From positions 512,001 to 576,000 of the forward strand of contig CAVUQH010000003.1 in assembly GCA_963743525.1 (NCBI GenBank): 64,000 nucleotides of DNA, in the 5' to 3' direction. The position numbers were made by a program, and so were the translations under genes. The DNA is from an uncultured delta proteobacterium. GTDB lineage: Bacteria > Myxococcota_A > Polyangia > Haliangiales > Haliangiaceae. The notes below the pieces were generated by a model, which saw only the letters and a list, made by a program, of their open reading frames with translations, ran no database searches and was not told where the DNA came from. Shown in pieces: positions 19,749-31,664 of the stretch (positions are counted from its first letter, which is position 1; each line of letters begins with the position of its first letter).

Positions 19749-20961
19749 TGCGGATGGCCACCACCGGATCGAGCCGCGCGGCCCGGCGCGCGGGATAGCT
19801 GGCGGCGACCACGCTGATCAGCGTGGCGACGCCGCTGACGAACAGCATCGCCTGGCGCGAGACGGCGATCGGGAAGGTGCGCTCGGCGGTCATCGGCAGC
19901 TTGGCGAACAGCGCCACCAGCCCGGCGCCCAGGAGCACGCCGACGCAGGCGCCGAGGAGACCGAGCAGCGCGCCCTGGAACAAGAACACGCGCTGGACCC
20001 GCCGCCGCGACAGGCCCATCGCGCGGAGGATGCCGATCTCGCGCGAGCGCTGCGACACCGAAACCACCAGCACACTGGCGATGCCGATGGCCACCGCCAG
20101 GAAGACGAAGATCTGGATGATCCAGCTCGACGCGCTCTGCGAGCGCAGCCCGGCCAACAGCTGGGCGTTGCGCTCCATCCAGCTCTCCACCTTCAGCCCG
20201 GTCTCGCGGCGAATTCGCTCGGCCAGCCGATCGGCGGCGAAGACGTCGCCGATCGACAGCTCGATGGCGGTCGCGCCGCCGGGCAGGTCGAGCAGACTCT
20301 GGGCGTTTCGCAGCGACACGATCACCCAGCCCTCGTCGGCGACGCTGGTGCCGAGCTCGAAGATCCCGCTGACGTCGAACACCGCGCTGCTGCCGTCGGA
20401 GGTCTGCACCCGGAGCTTCTCACCCACGTCGATGCCCAGATCCTCGGCCAGACGGGTGCCGATCACCGCTTGCTGCGCGTCGGTGGCGAAGCGCCCGCGG
20501 ACGAGCTTGGACTGGACGTCAACCACGCCGAGGAAGCGCGCGGGCTCGACGCCGAGGAGCGTGACGTTGGTGGTCGCGGTGCCGCGCACGGCAAAGGCCG
20601 GCCCGCGCGCCACCGGCGACACCGCGGTCACGCCGGGAAGGGCGCTGAATCGAGTGACCCGTTGCTGCCAGCCGTCGACCGATCGCACCCGCTGGGCGAC
20701 CTGCTCCACCCGCGACAGCACGACGGCGCCGCCGTCGGCCCGGGGCGCATACAGCTCGCGCGGCGTCTCGTCGGGCGGCTCGACGACCAGGTGTGGCTGC
20801 GAGCCGACGGTCTTGGCGATCAGGTCGGCCTGCAGCCCGGAGATGAGCGACGACAGGAAGACCACGATCGCGACGCCCACCGCCACCCCGGCCGCGATCA
20901 GCGCGCTCTGCGCTCGCGCGTCTCGCACCAGGCGCAGCGACAGGAACAGGTCGACCCTCAT
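19741..20961 (-). CDS. ABC transporter permease (FtsX/LolE/MacB family)
   Basis: N-terminal TM, periplasmic domain, [21 protein letters not shown]. Confidence 0.94.
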
Positions 20962-20962
20962 C

Positions 20963-22204
20963 TCAAGGGCGCTCCTCGGGACGCACCGGGTCGCCGACCT
21001 GGATCTGTGCCTGGGTGATCGGGATGACTCGATCACCGGCGGAGACGCCGTCGAGGATCTCGACCCCCTGCTTGCCGACCGCGCCGACGCTGAGCGCCCG
21101 CCGCCGCGCGCGGCCGTCTTCGATCACCAGCGCCCACGGCGACGTGGCCAGGTCGCGGACGGCGTCCATCGGCAGGACCAGCGCCCCCGGTTTGCGCTTC
21201 ACCAGGATGTCCACCGACACGGTCATGTCGGGGCGCAGGTAGTCGGGCGGCTGCGGGACCGCGAGCCGGACCTCTACGGTTCCGCGGCGCTCGTCGACGA
21301 TCGGCGCGATGAAGGTCAGCCGGGCGGGGAAGGTTCGATCCGGATAGGCGTCGGCCGACGCCAGCGCGCTCTGGCCGACCTCGAGCAGCGACAGGTTGCG
21401 CTCGTCGAGGCTGGCGACCAGCTCGGTCTCCTTGTCGGCGGCCAGCTCCATCACCGGATTGCCCGGCTGCAGGACGTCGCCCGGCTCGACCGAGCGCGAG
21501 ATCACCACGCCGTCCTCGGGGGCTTCGATTCGGGTGTTGGCCAGGCGCGCCTCGGCCAGCGAGACCGCTGCCTCCGCCTGCCGCACCTGGGCGTCAACGC
21601 TCTGCGCCTTGCCGCCGCTCGACCGCACGTCGTCGAGCTGCGCCGTGGCGGTGCGGAGGGCGCTCTCCGCGACCGAGGCGGTCGTGCGCGCCTGGTCGAG
21701 CATCTTGCCGGTCGCCGCCCCGCCGGCGACGAGTGACTCGACGCGCTCGAGGTTGAGCTGGGCTTCGTCGAGGTTGGTGCGCGCGCGGGTGACCGCCTCC
21801 TCGGCCTCGCGGGTGCCGACGGTGTGCAGCTGGTGTTTGCGCGCGGTCGCTTCGGCCAGCTGGGCGCGGGCGCTGGCCAGGGCGGCGCTCGCCTCGCGGT
21901 CGTCGAGCTGGACCAGCAGCTCGCCGGACGACACCCGGTCGCCCTCGCCGGCGCGCACCTCGCGCACGGCGCCCGCGGCCAGCGACACCAGGCGAATGCG
22001 CCGCGGGCGTACGCGCCCGGTGCTGACCACGGTCTGCACGACCTCGCGCACCTCGGGGTGGACGAAGGCAGCCGGGCGGCCGGCCACCCGGGGCCAGGCC
22101 CAGTAGGCGGCGCCCGCAATCGCGACGGCGACGACCGTCGCCCACACCCAGTGGCGGACGAGCGCTGCGCCCAGCCGGCGCGGAACGCTGGTGCGGGAGG
22201 CCAT
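20963..22204 (-). CDS. Efflux periplasmic adaptor subunit (HlyD/MacA family)
   Basis: TM anchor, lipoyl halves (GEGDRVSSGELL, IEAPEDG), coiled coil, LRPDMTV. Confidence 0.93.
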   Translation of the reverse strand: MASRTSVPRRLGAALVRHWVWATVVAVAIAGAAYWAWPRVAGRPAAFVHPEVREVVQTVVSTGRVRPRRIRLVSLAAGAVREVRAGEGDRVSSGELLVQLDDREASAALASARAQLAEATARKHQLHTVGTREAEEAVTRARTNLDEAQLNLERVESLVAGGAATGKMLDQARTTASVAESALRTATAQLDDVRSSGGKAQSVDAQVRQAEAAVSLAEARLANTRIEAPEDGVVISRSVEPGDVLQPGNPVMELAADKETELVASLDERNLSLLEVGQSALASADAYPDRTFPARLTFIAPIVDERRGTVEVRLAVPQPPDYLRPDMTVSVDILVKRKPGALVLPMDAVRDLATSPWALVIEDGRARRRALSVGAVGKQGVEILDGVSAGDRVIPITQAQIQVGDPVRPEERP

Positions 22205-22430
22205 GACCGGCAGCGTAGCGCGGGCGAGCCGGGGCGCGAGCCGGTCGGGCGACGAATCGCGTGGCGCCTGCTGCGTCCGTCCTCGGGCGACAATGGCTCC
22301 TCGGTTGCGGCCTGCGAGTCCCGTGAAAGCGCGCCGGATGCAGACCCTGTACCGCACCACCGGCGGCGTGGCCCCGCCGGCCCGACGCGGCCGCTGGCCT
22401 CGACCCTTCCTGGTGCTAGAGTAGTTGGCC

Positions 22431-22730
22431 GTGAGGTTCGTCGTCGGGATGGTGCTGTTCGTCTGCATGCTCGCCGTGCAGGTTCAGCGACCCGCGTCGA
22501 CCTTTGAGACCGGCAAATCGGTCGCGACCCAGGTCGCGGCCGCGGAGATTCGCGCCGAGGCTCCCCTGCCCACGGCCGAGATCTCCGAACAGGGCGGCGA
22601 CGAGCTCTACCTCGTCGATCGCGTGGTTCCCGACGCAGGCGCCCCCGAGAGCGTCGCAGCGGCCTGGTGGCTCGCGGCAGAGCTCCTCAGCGTGTCCGTC
22701 GCGGTGGCCGTTCCTCCTCCGATCGCGTAG
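22431..22730 (+). CDS. Small hypothetical protein with N-terminal signal/TM segment, ending PPPIA
   Basis: TGC-TAGAGT -10 box 8 nt before GTG; hydrophobic N-terminus. Confidence 0.5.
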   Translation: MRFVVGMVLFVCMLAVQVQRPASTFETGKSVATQVAAAEIRAEAPLPTAEISEQGGDELYLVDRVVPDAGAPESVAAAWWLAAELLSVSVAVAVPPPIA

Positions 22731-22822
22731 CCGCGCTTCGCGAGTCGACCGCAGTTGCGCGCCCGCACGGCGCGCGAGGGATGAACGGGCGCCGGCTGCG
22801 AGCTGGCGCCGGAGGAGCGAGT

Positions 22823-24176
<1,354 letters not shown>

Positions 24177-24244
24177 GCCACGAGCCCGTTGCAGCCTGCC
24201 AGGCCGCGCACCCGGCCGCCCCCTGGTTTCGCCGATTTCGGTGC

Positions 24245-24260
24245 CGGCACGGGGCTTGCT
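24245..24260 (+). promoter_or_regulatory. Sigma54 -24/-12 promoter
   Basis: CGGCAC-GGGGC-TTGCT immediately downstream of the sigma54 activator gene. Confidence 0.8.
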
Positions 24261-24283
24261 CAACCAACCCGAGGAGTTTGCAG

Positions 24284-24505
24284 ATGATCGACGTGACCAG
24301 CTATCCACACCTCGTGTCCGCCGCCGCGGCCAGGTTAACGTGGGGCCCGGAGCCCGACGACGACGGCTGCGTCTCGTGCGGCAGCGCCGAAGACCTGTCG
24401 GTGCCGACCCACGACGAGGCACCGCCGCTGTGTCTCGAGTGTCGGTCGCCGCTGCGCCATCTCGAGTTTCCCGAGGTCTATTGCGACCTGGGTGAAGGTG
24501 ACTGA
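24284..24505 (+). CDS. Small Zn-ribbon-like protein (73 aa)
   Basis: GAGGAG RBS; CVSC...CLEC; C-terminal YCDLGEGD. Confidence 0.65.
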   Translation: MIDVTSYPHLVSAAAARLTWGPEPDDDGCVSCGSAEDLSVPTHDEAPPLCLECRSPLRHLEFPEVYCDLGEGD

Positions 24506-24518
24506 AAGGAGAACGCAC

Positions 24519-24977
24519 ATGATGTCGATGAGGACCACCTACCGTCCGCGACGCCGCGACGGGCTGTATCACGCCGCCTTGCACCAGACGGCACGCGTCC
24601 TGGTTGCCGATGACGACGACGAGGTGCGCGACCTGGTCTCCGAGACGCTGCGCGACGACGGCTACGAGGTTCACGAAGCGACCGACGGACTCGCCCTGCT
24701 CGAGCTGATCGGCTCCATGCTCCTCGGTGAGCCGACGGCGCAACCGTTCGAGCTGATCATCTCCGACGTGCGCTTGCCCGGCGGGGTGAGCGGCCTGGAC
24801 ATGCTGGCCGGCATCCGCCGCGCCGACTGGTCGTTGCCGGTTCTCCTGGTCACCGGCTACGGCGATGCGGCGGTGTACGAGGAGGCTGCCCGTCTGGGCG
24901 CCTGGGTCCTCGACAAGCCGCTGGACCTCGACGACCTGCGCACGGCCGCGTTCAATCTGGCACCGCCGCAGGTCTAG
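24519..24977 (+). CDS. Single-domain response regulator
   Basis: AAGGAG RBS; VLVADDD, IISDVRLPG, LVTGY, DKP. Confidence 0.92.
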   Translation: MMSMRTTYRPRRRDGLYHAALHQTARVLVADDDDEVRDLVSETLRDDGYEVHEATDGLALLELIGSMLLGEPTAQPFELIISDVRLPGGVSGLDMLAGIRRADWSLPVLLVTGYGDAAVYEEAARLGAWVLDKPLDLDDLRTAAFNLAPPQV

Positions 24978-25546
24978 TCGTCGTAGCGAACGCGCAGGCG
25001 GGTGCTGTCGCCGCCCAGGGAGCGGTCCGCCAGCAGCTCGCCGCGCACGTGGCTGGCTCCGGACATCTCGACGGCAGCGATGGCGAAGCCGAGGACCGCG
25101 TAGCTGAGCGCCAGGTGGGGAACCGGCCAGTCCGGGATCTCGAGCTCGGCGACGCCGCCGAACTCACTCTTGGTGTGGGTGACGGTGACGGTGCCCTCGG
25201 AGAAATGCTCGCGCCACAGCTTGGCCGCGCGGTTCATCACCCACTCGGGCGAGCCGAGCTTGATGAACATGCGGAAGATGTTCGGCGTGTTGACCTTGGC
25301 GCCCCAGCGACCGAGCTCGATGTTCAGCGTCAGGTCACCCGTGCCGAAACGCCGGTCGAGGACCTCGCCCAGCTCGATGAACAGTGGGTAGTTGTACCAG
25401 GCGTGCTTGTCGATCTCGGAGCGCATCAGCATGCGTCCGTAGGCGCCGAGCTGCGGGATCACCTCGTCCAGGGCGGCCTGACCGTGGTGCTCGATCACCC
25501 ACTTCCTGCGCGCGTACAGCGCTGCTCCGCGAACCTGTAACATCAA
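24974..25546 (-). CDS. Myxobacterial DUF2378/V4R/H-NOX-fold-like protein
   Basis: VRG, AWYNYP, GRWGA, PEWVMNRAAKLWREHF pattern; downstream of a kinase. Confidence 0.6.
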   Translation of the reverse strand: MMLQVRGAALYARRKWVIEHHGQAALDEVIPQLGAYGRMLMRSEIDKHAWYNYPLFIELGEVLDRRFGTGDLTLNIELGRWGAKVNTPNIFRMFIKLGSPEWVMNRAAKLWREHFSEGTVTVTHTKSEFGGVAELEIPDWPVPHLALSYAVLGFAIAAVEMSGASHVRGELLADRSLGGDSTRLRVRYDD

Positions 25547-25582
25547 CTACACAGCCCGCCCGGCAGGGCAGTCGCTAGCATA

Positions 25583-28500
25583 TCATCGCTGGCACAGGAT
25601 CAAGCTGGCGAATACACGCTCGGGAGCGGCGATGCCCTGATCGATCGCCCAGCGGCGGGCGGAGGCCTGCAACTCGGCACCTTCGTCGCCGCCGATGATC
25701 GCGCCGCGGGCGTGGCGGACGGCGCTGGCGAACCCGAGCATCCCTGCGGCGGTGAGCTGTTCCTGCGCGCGTCCGAGTAGATCGACGGCGGTGTCGTCGT
25801 CGCCCCGGGCCGCGGCGGCGGCGCCGCGCAAGGCAGTGCCGATCGGCCGCAGGTTGGTGGCGGTACGTCGCTCGATGTACCGAGCCGACCGCTCCGCCTG
25901 GGCCAGCTCCTTGCGCCCGATCGCGCACTGGACGCGCATGTGGCGCAGCTCGAACTGGATCATGTCGATGCGGCTGAGCATCGCCCGGTTGCTCCTGGTC
26001 CACAGCTCCTCGATCTGCTCGTGCGACTCGCCGTGCCGGCCGCGATGGAAGGCGCACATCACCCGTGACATCCCGGCGTAGTAGTGCTGCAGGTGGAAGC
26101 GCGCGCGCGGCCACGACTCCATGGCGCGATCGACCATCTCCTCGACTGCGTCGCCGTCGCCGTCGGCGAACAGCGTGCCGATGGCCGGGACGCCGGTTGA
26201 ACAGGTTGCCGACGCCGTACAGGTCGCCCAGGTCGCGGGCCGACGCGCGCAGCGCGACGACGTCGCGGGCCAGGGGGCGGATCTCGCCGAGGAAGTAGAG
26301 CGCCCAGAGGCGGTACATCTCGCCGGTGGCAAGCTCCCAGCTGACGCCGGTGCACTGGGTGCGGAGGAGCTTCATGGAAGTCTCGGCGATCTCCGCGGCG
26401 CGGGCGAACTCGCCGTTCTGATAGCAGTACAGCGTCAGGCAGCCGCCGGTCACGCCGCGCAGATACGGATCGTCGAGCTCTTCGGTCAGCGCCTGCAGCC
26501 GCGGCAGCAGCTTGGCCGCGCGCCGGCGACCGCGCGCAGTGACCGCGAGGAAGGCGATCTCCAGCGCCAGCGCGCGCGCCAGCCGAACCGGCTCCCCGGC
26601 GCGCAGCGCGGCCAGCAGGTGCCGGGATTGGAAGTCGGCGCCGATCATCGTGTCGGCCATGCCCAGCCCCACCGACGCGGTCCAGCAGGCGTCGATGCGC
26701 GCCAGGTCTTCGCGGGTCACCTGGCTCTCGTCGCGCGGCTTCCAGCTCAGGCCGCGCAGGCGCAAGCGGCCGCGGGTCAGCAGCAGCCGCGGCAGGGTCC
26801 AGCCGCCGGGCGGCTTGTAGCGGTAGCCGAGCACGCGCAGGACGTCGGCCAGGATGTCGACGCCGCGATCGATGTGCCCGCAGCGGAGGAACGCCAGCGC
26901 AGCCCTCTGCCGCAGCTCGACGTTGCTCGCCGACTGCGTGCCTTTGGCCGCGTGCAGGTACTCGTCGGCGGCGGCCGAGCAGTGGCCGGCGTTCTCCAGC
27001 GCCTCGGCCCGATGGATACGCAGGGCTCGCTCGTCCTCGGCGCCGCCGGCGAACTCGATGGCCAGGCCGTAGAGCTCGGCGGCGCGTTCGAAGGCCAGCG
27101 ACTCGACTGCTTCGGCCGCGGCGGGCAGCGCCTCGAGGGCGGCGCGCTCGCGATCGCCGGCGCCCAGCCACTCTTCGACCAGCACGCGAGGCGTAGCCCT
27201 TCCGGTGCGCTGCAGCGCCTCGGCCAGCCGGCGGTGGTAGTTGCGCACGGCGGCCTCACCCAGCTCGGCGATGACCGACTCGCGCACGCGGTCGTGGAAC
27301 GGCACCAGCTCGTCGCGGGCGTGGGGGCGGAGCAGGTTTTGCGCCTCGAGCAATGCCAGCGATGGACCGATCTCGGAGTCGGCATCGACCGCTGACTCGA
27401 CCACGGCGATCGGCGTCGGGCGCGCGGCGACCGCGACCGCGGCCAGGATCTCGCGCGCCGTCGGCGGCAGCTGGGCGAAACGCGAGCGCAACATCTGGTC
27501 GAGGGACGGTGGCCCGGTCTCGCTGTCGACGCCGGCGGCCAGGCGGGTGGCGTGGTGGCGCACCAGCTCGTCGACCAGCAGCGGGTGTCCGTGGGCCTCT
27601 CGGGCGATTGCCGGCGCGCGGGCGTCGTCGCCGGTGCTGGCCAGCAGCCGCGCTGCCAGCACGTCGGTCTCGGACTCGGACAGCGGTCCCAGGGAGATCA
27701 GCCTCGGCGCGGTGGCGCCGCGGGTGGCCTGGCGCAGCCGCTCCAGCTCGATCAGCAGCGGGCTGGTCTGCTCCTCCTCCTCGCGATAGGTCGCCACCAG
27801 TAGCAGCGGCGGCGCGTCGGGGCCGAACACGGTGTTGACCAGCAGCGAAGCGCTGTCGATGTCGCCCCACTGCAGGTCGTCGATGAACAGCGCCAGCGGG
27901 CCGGCGTCGCTGAGGTTGGCCAACAGCTCGCGCAGGCCGCGAAAGGCCAGCCGGCGCTGCTCGGATGGATCGAGGGCGCCGAAGGTTCGCCGGTGCGGCG
28001 CGGCGATCGCGGGGATGCGCTTGAGCGCGGGGAACAGCCGCGCCAGCGCGGTGGTCTCCGGCGGCAACAACATCTCGACCTCGTCGTCGCGGCGACTGGC
28101 CAGGTGGGCGGCGATGTCGTCGATCAGATTGTCGAACGCCTTGTAGCGCAGCAGCTCGTTCTGGAAGCAGCGGCCGGCGAAGACCCTGGCGCCGAAGTCG
28201 CGCTGGATTTGCCCCAGGAACTCGCGCACCAGCGCGGTCTTGCCCATGCCCGAGCGGCCGCGGACGAACACCGACACCGCGTCGCCGTGGCGCACATCGT
28301 CGAAGGCCGATTGCAGCTTGGCCAGCTCGCCGTGACGACCGACGAACGGCCGCCGGCTGGACATCGCCGCCTCGACCATCATCTTGGGCACGCTGGCGCG
28401 GCGTCCGAGGCGGCGCATGATCTCGGGACCGTCGGGGCGGTCGGCCGGGTCGAGCTTGATCAGCTCCTCGCACAGCTCGGCCAGATCGACCGGCAGGTCG

Positions 28501-29309
28501 GCGACCAGGCTGCGCGGCGACGCCGGCTCGGACATCTGCTTGACTCGCAGCATGTTGTCGCGAGCGCCGAGGAACGGCACCGTGCCGGTCAGCGCCCGGT
28601 ACAGCACGATGCCCATGCTGTACCAGTCGCTGGCGCGGGTCAGTGGTCGGCCGCCGGCCTGTTCCGGCGACATGTACGCGACGGTGCCGACCAGCCGATC
28701 GCTGGAGGTGACGTAGACGTCGTGGTTGCTCACGTCGGCGGCCAGGCCGAAATCGCACAGCACCACCCGGCCGGTCGCGAGCTCGACCAGCACGTTGGAC
28801 GGCTTGATGTCGCGGTGCAGTCGACCGGCGGCGTGCAGCGCGACCACGCCCTCGCACAGCTGGCCGAAGGCGTCGCGTAGCCGTTCCTCGTCGAGGTAGC
28901 CGCTGACCGCGGGCGTGGTGCTCGAGCCGACCACGGTGTCGACGGTGCGAGTCTCGAGCTCTGCCAGCGCCAGCGGCGGCTTCTCCGAGGTCGTCGATCC
29001 GGTGATGTCGTCTTCGCCGCGGACGTAGGCGAGGAAGGTGGTTCCCCGCACCAGCTCCATGGTGAACAAGAGCTCGCCGTCGTAGTTGACCAGCTCGTAC
29101 AGGTTGACCAGGTTGCGGTGGTTGATGCCGGCCAGCGCGCGGAACTCGCGCTTGAACCCGGCGATCGCCGGAGCGTCGGTGCGAAGCAGCGACTTGAGCG
29201 CGACCACCGCATTGCGGTAGCGATCGAACGCCTCGTAGACGATGCCCATTCCCCCGGCGCCGAGCTTCTTGCGAAGCTCGAAGCGCTGGTTATCCGCGGC
29301 AACACCCAC
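25583..29309 (-). CDS. Ser/Thr protein kinase with AAA ATPase and helical repeat domains (apparent frameshift near 26200)
   Basis: [41 protein letters not shown]-terminus in ORF 25583-26332. Confidence 0.9.
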
Positions 29310-29360
29310 GCGTATCGCTCATGATACCGAGCTTGCCGCGCGCTGACTACCGCGCTGACG

Positions 29361-30017
29361 TCACAGCGGCGTCGGCCAGGCGATGTCGGGCCTGGCGCGT
29401 TGGGCGTCGAAGTCCCATTCGGTGGCCAGGACGGCAAAGCCCAACGAGTCGAGATATCCCGGCGTCGTCGCATGGTCACTGTAGCGCTCGGCACGTTCAC
29501 GGCGCTCCAGGCGCATCCCCAGCTTCTCGGCCACCCGTCGAGAGGCGACGTTGTCGGCCGCGCACAGGAGCGTGATGCGGCGAAAGCCCCAGCCGCCCTG
29601 TTCCTGCGCCCTCAGGCCCGAGGTGATGAAGGCACCGACCGCCTCGGTGCACAAGCCTTCGCCGTTGCGGTCACCGCGCAGCCAGTAGCCGACCTCGGCG
29701 GTCCGCTCCTTGTCGTCGATGCGATAGAAGCCGCAGCTGCCGAGCTGCGTGTTCTCGTCGCGATCGAAGATCGCCAGCGTGAAGTTGCGGCAGTCCGACT
29801 CCGCGCTCCGGCGGACCAGCTTTTCGACGAAGAAGGTGCAGTCGTCCAGGTCGGCCTGCCCGTCGGTCCACCAGCTCATCGACAGCCACACCAGATCGCG
29901 GCTGGCGCTCAGCGCTGCATGCAGCCGTGGCCCGTCTCCTTTGCGGTGCGCCCGCACCAGGGTCCGGGCCGTTTCGATCGGGCCGGGGAGCGGCGACGGT
30001 AGGTTCCACGGCGGCAC
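29361..30017 (-). CDS. GNAT N-acetyltransferase (RimJ/RimL family)
   Basis: AEVGYWL, GEGLCTEA, NVASRRVAEKLG. Confidence 0.92.
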   Translation of the reverse strand: MPPWNLPSPLPGPIETARTLVRAHRKGDGPRLHAALSASRDLVWLSMSWWTDGQADLDDCTFFVEKLVRRSAESDCRNFTLAIFDRDENTQLGSCGFYRIDDKERTAEVGYWLRGDRNGEGLCTEAVGAFITSGLRAQEQGGWGFRRITLLCAADNVASRRVAEKLGMRLERRERAERYSDHATTPGYLDSLGFAVLATEWDFDAQRARPDIAWPTPL

Positions 30018-30232
30018 GGCACCAGCGTATCGCAAGGCCGTCGCTCTCCGCGGGGGTGCGTCGGTGTGGGGAAACCAAGGAGGTTCGTCGGCCCAGAGGA
30101 ACGCGCGGTCGCTGTGGTCTGACCGGCAACATTGTTCATGATCTGGACGTGCGGTTCAGTTTCTAGATCGAGCTTGGACACACTGAACAGGCCGCCAGGT
30201 GAAATCTCGGTGCGTTGCGCTGCGGTGCGTCT

Positions 30233-30248
30233 TGGTATGCGTATTGCT
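30233..30248 (+). promoter_or_regulatory. Sigma54 -24/-12 promoter
   Basis: TGGTAT-GCGTA-TTGCT, 44 nt before ATG 30292. Confidence 0.7.
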
Positions 30249-30291
30249 GCTTACCTTCCTGGCTACACCGCTGTGGGCCGGAGGGGGATCG

Positions 30292-31062
30292 ATGATGAAG
30301 CTGGCTGTTGTCGCAATGTTGCTAACCATGGTGGGCGCGTGCGCCGGGCAGGACGCGGGCACACCGAACGAGCTGGGGCTGCAGCTCACGACCTACGAAG
30401 ACGGGCACGTGGAGGGCACCCTGGTGACCACCGCCGGCAGCGTCGAGTTCAACTCGCTCGAGATCCAGGCCGGCGTGTTCCAGGTCAGCCTGGTTCGCGA
30501 TTCGCGCCAGCTGATCACCACCGTCGACACCAACCAGCTGACCGCCGACGTCCAGGCCGCCGACGACTTTCAGATCACGCGCGACGATCGCTTCGTGCTG
30601 ACCGCGCTGGCGACCAGCGTCGAGCAGGAGCTGGGCAAGGAGCTGAAGGTCACCGACAACCTGTTCCGCGTGTCGACGCTGTGGGGTGAGCATCCGGAAG
30701 GTGCCCTGCTCACGCGGCGCATCGAGGCCGATCCCGAGCGCGGCTGGACCACGCTTTGTTACGCGGCCTGCAGCTACGGCTACCGCACCTTCTACCACTC
30801 GGGCAACGGCAACGACCACGGCCACACCCACGGCAATCACTCGGGCTCGACCTGGGGCGAATACATCAAGTTCGGCCGGCAAGATGGGCACAACCCGTGC
30901 AACTCGCGCTGCGGCTCGGGCTGCTCGGGAGTTGGAACCAGCGCGTGGACGCAGGACTGCGGCAACCACGACCGCTGCGAGCACTGCCACACCTCGGCCT
31001 GCGGCGGCGAGTGGAACTCCGCGTCGGACGACTTCCTGTTCGCGGGCAACTGCGCCTGCTGA
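30292..31062 (+). CDS. Secreted/lipoprotein with pro-region and Cys/His-rich phospholipase A2-like C-terminal domain
   Basis: Signal with VGAC; C-terminal CNSRCGSGC...TQDCGNHDRC...CGGEW...DDFLFAGNC; CxxHDxC resembles the sPLA2 active site. Confidence 0.65.
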   Translation: MMKLAVVAMLLTMVGACAGQDAGTPNELGLQLTTYEDGHVEGTLVTTAGSVEFNSLEIQAGVFQVSLVRDSRQLITTVDTNQLTADVQAADDFQITRDDRFVLTALATSVEQELGKELKVTDNLFRVSTLWGEHPEGALLTRRIEADPERGWTTLCYAACSYGYRTFYHSGNGNDHGHTHGNHSGSTWGEYIKFGRQDGHNPCNSRCGSGCSGVGTSAWTQDCGNHDRCEHCHTSACGGEWNSASDDFLFAGNCAC

Positions 31063-31073
31063 GCTCGGAGCGA

Positions 31074-31664
31074 TTGGACGAGCTGACGGGCGCCCGCGAT
31101 TCGCGTCGCGGGCGCCTTTCGTTGCTGGTGTTCGCCGCTGCGGTCGCGGTGGCGCTGACCTACCTGCTGATCGCGAGCGCCCGGTCCGGGCGGCGCGCCA
31201 GCGCGGTGAGGGCGCCGGCGGCGGCGCCCGCGCGTTCGACCGCCGGCCAGCCCCGGCCGCACGCGCAGGCCGCGCCGCGTCCGGCGATCGGTGTGCCGGC
31301 GAACCCCAACATCGTGCCGCCCGACCAGCAGCCCGACCCGATGAGCATCTTTCGCTCGCAGGACGGCAAACCGCCCGAGGCGCGCGAGATCGCCCGAGTG
31401 GGCCAGGTTTCGCTCGGCGTGCCGCGCACCGCCGTGCTCGAGAACGAAGCCGAGGTGCGCGGTATCATGGAGCGCCTGGCCCGCGCGATCGACGAGATCG
31501 ACAGCAAGGACGGCCGCGATCCCGAGCGCTACGGCATTCCCTACCTGTCGATGCTCGAGGACTGGAACGACCAGCTGCGCGATCACATGGACGGCATCTT
31601 CTACATCGCCTCGCGGCGCTCGATCATTCGCATCGACCTGAACATCCCGGATGGTGAGGAGTAG
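31074..31664 (+). CDS. Hypothetical single-TM protein (start uncertain)
   Basis: TM LLVFAAAVAVALTYLLI, Pro linker, helical domain; overlaps the next gene start. Confidence 0.65.
   Translation: MDELTGARDSRRGRLSLLVFAAAVAVALTYLLIASARSGRRASAVRAPAAAPARSTAGQPRPHAQAAPRPAIGVPANPNIVPPDQQPDPMSIFRSQDGKPPEAREIARVGQVSLGVPRTAVLENEAEVRGIMERLARAIDEIDSKDGRDPERYGIPYLSMLEDWNDQLRDHMDGIFYIASRRSIIRIDLNIPDGEE

Noticed and set aside
31060..31090. Sec read-through after NCAC-TGA
   Set aside because: Another TGA follows within 7 codons, there is no well-placed hairpin, and the next gene starts there.
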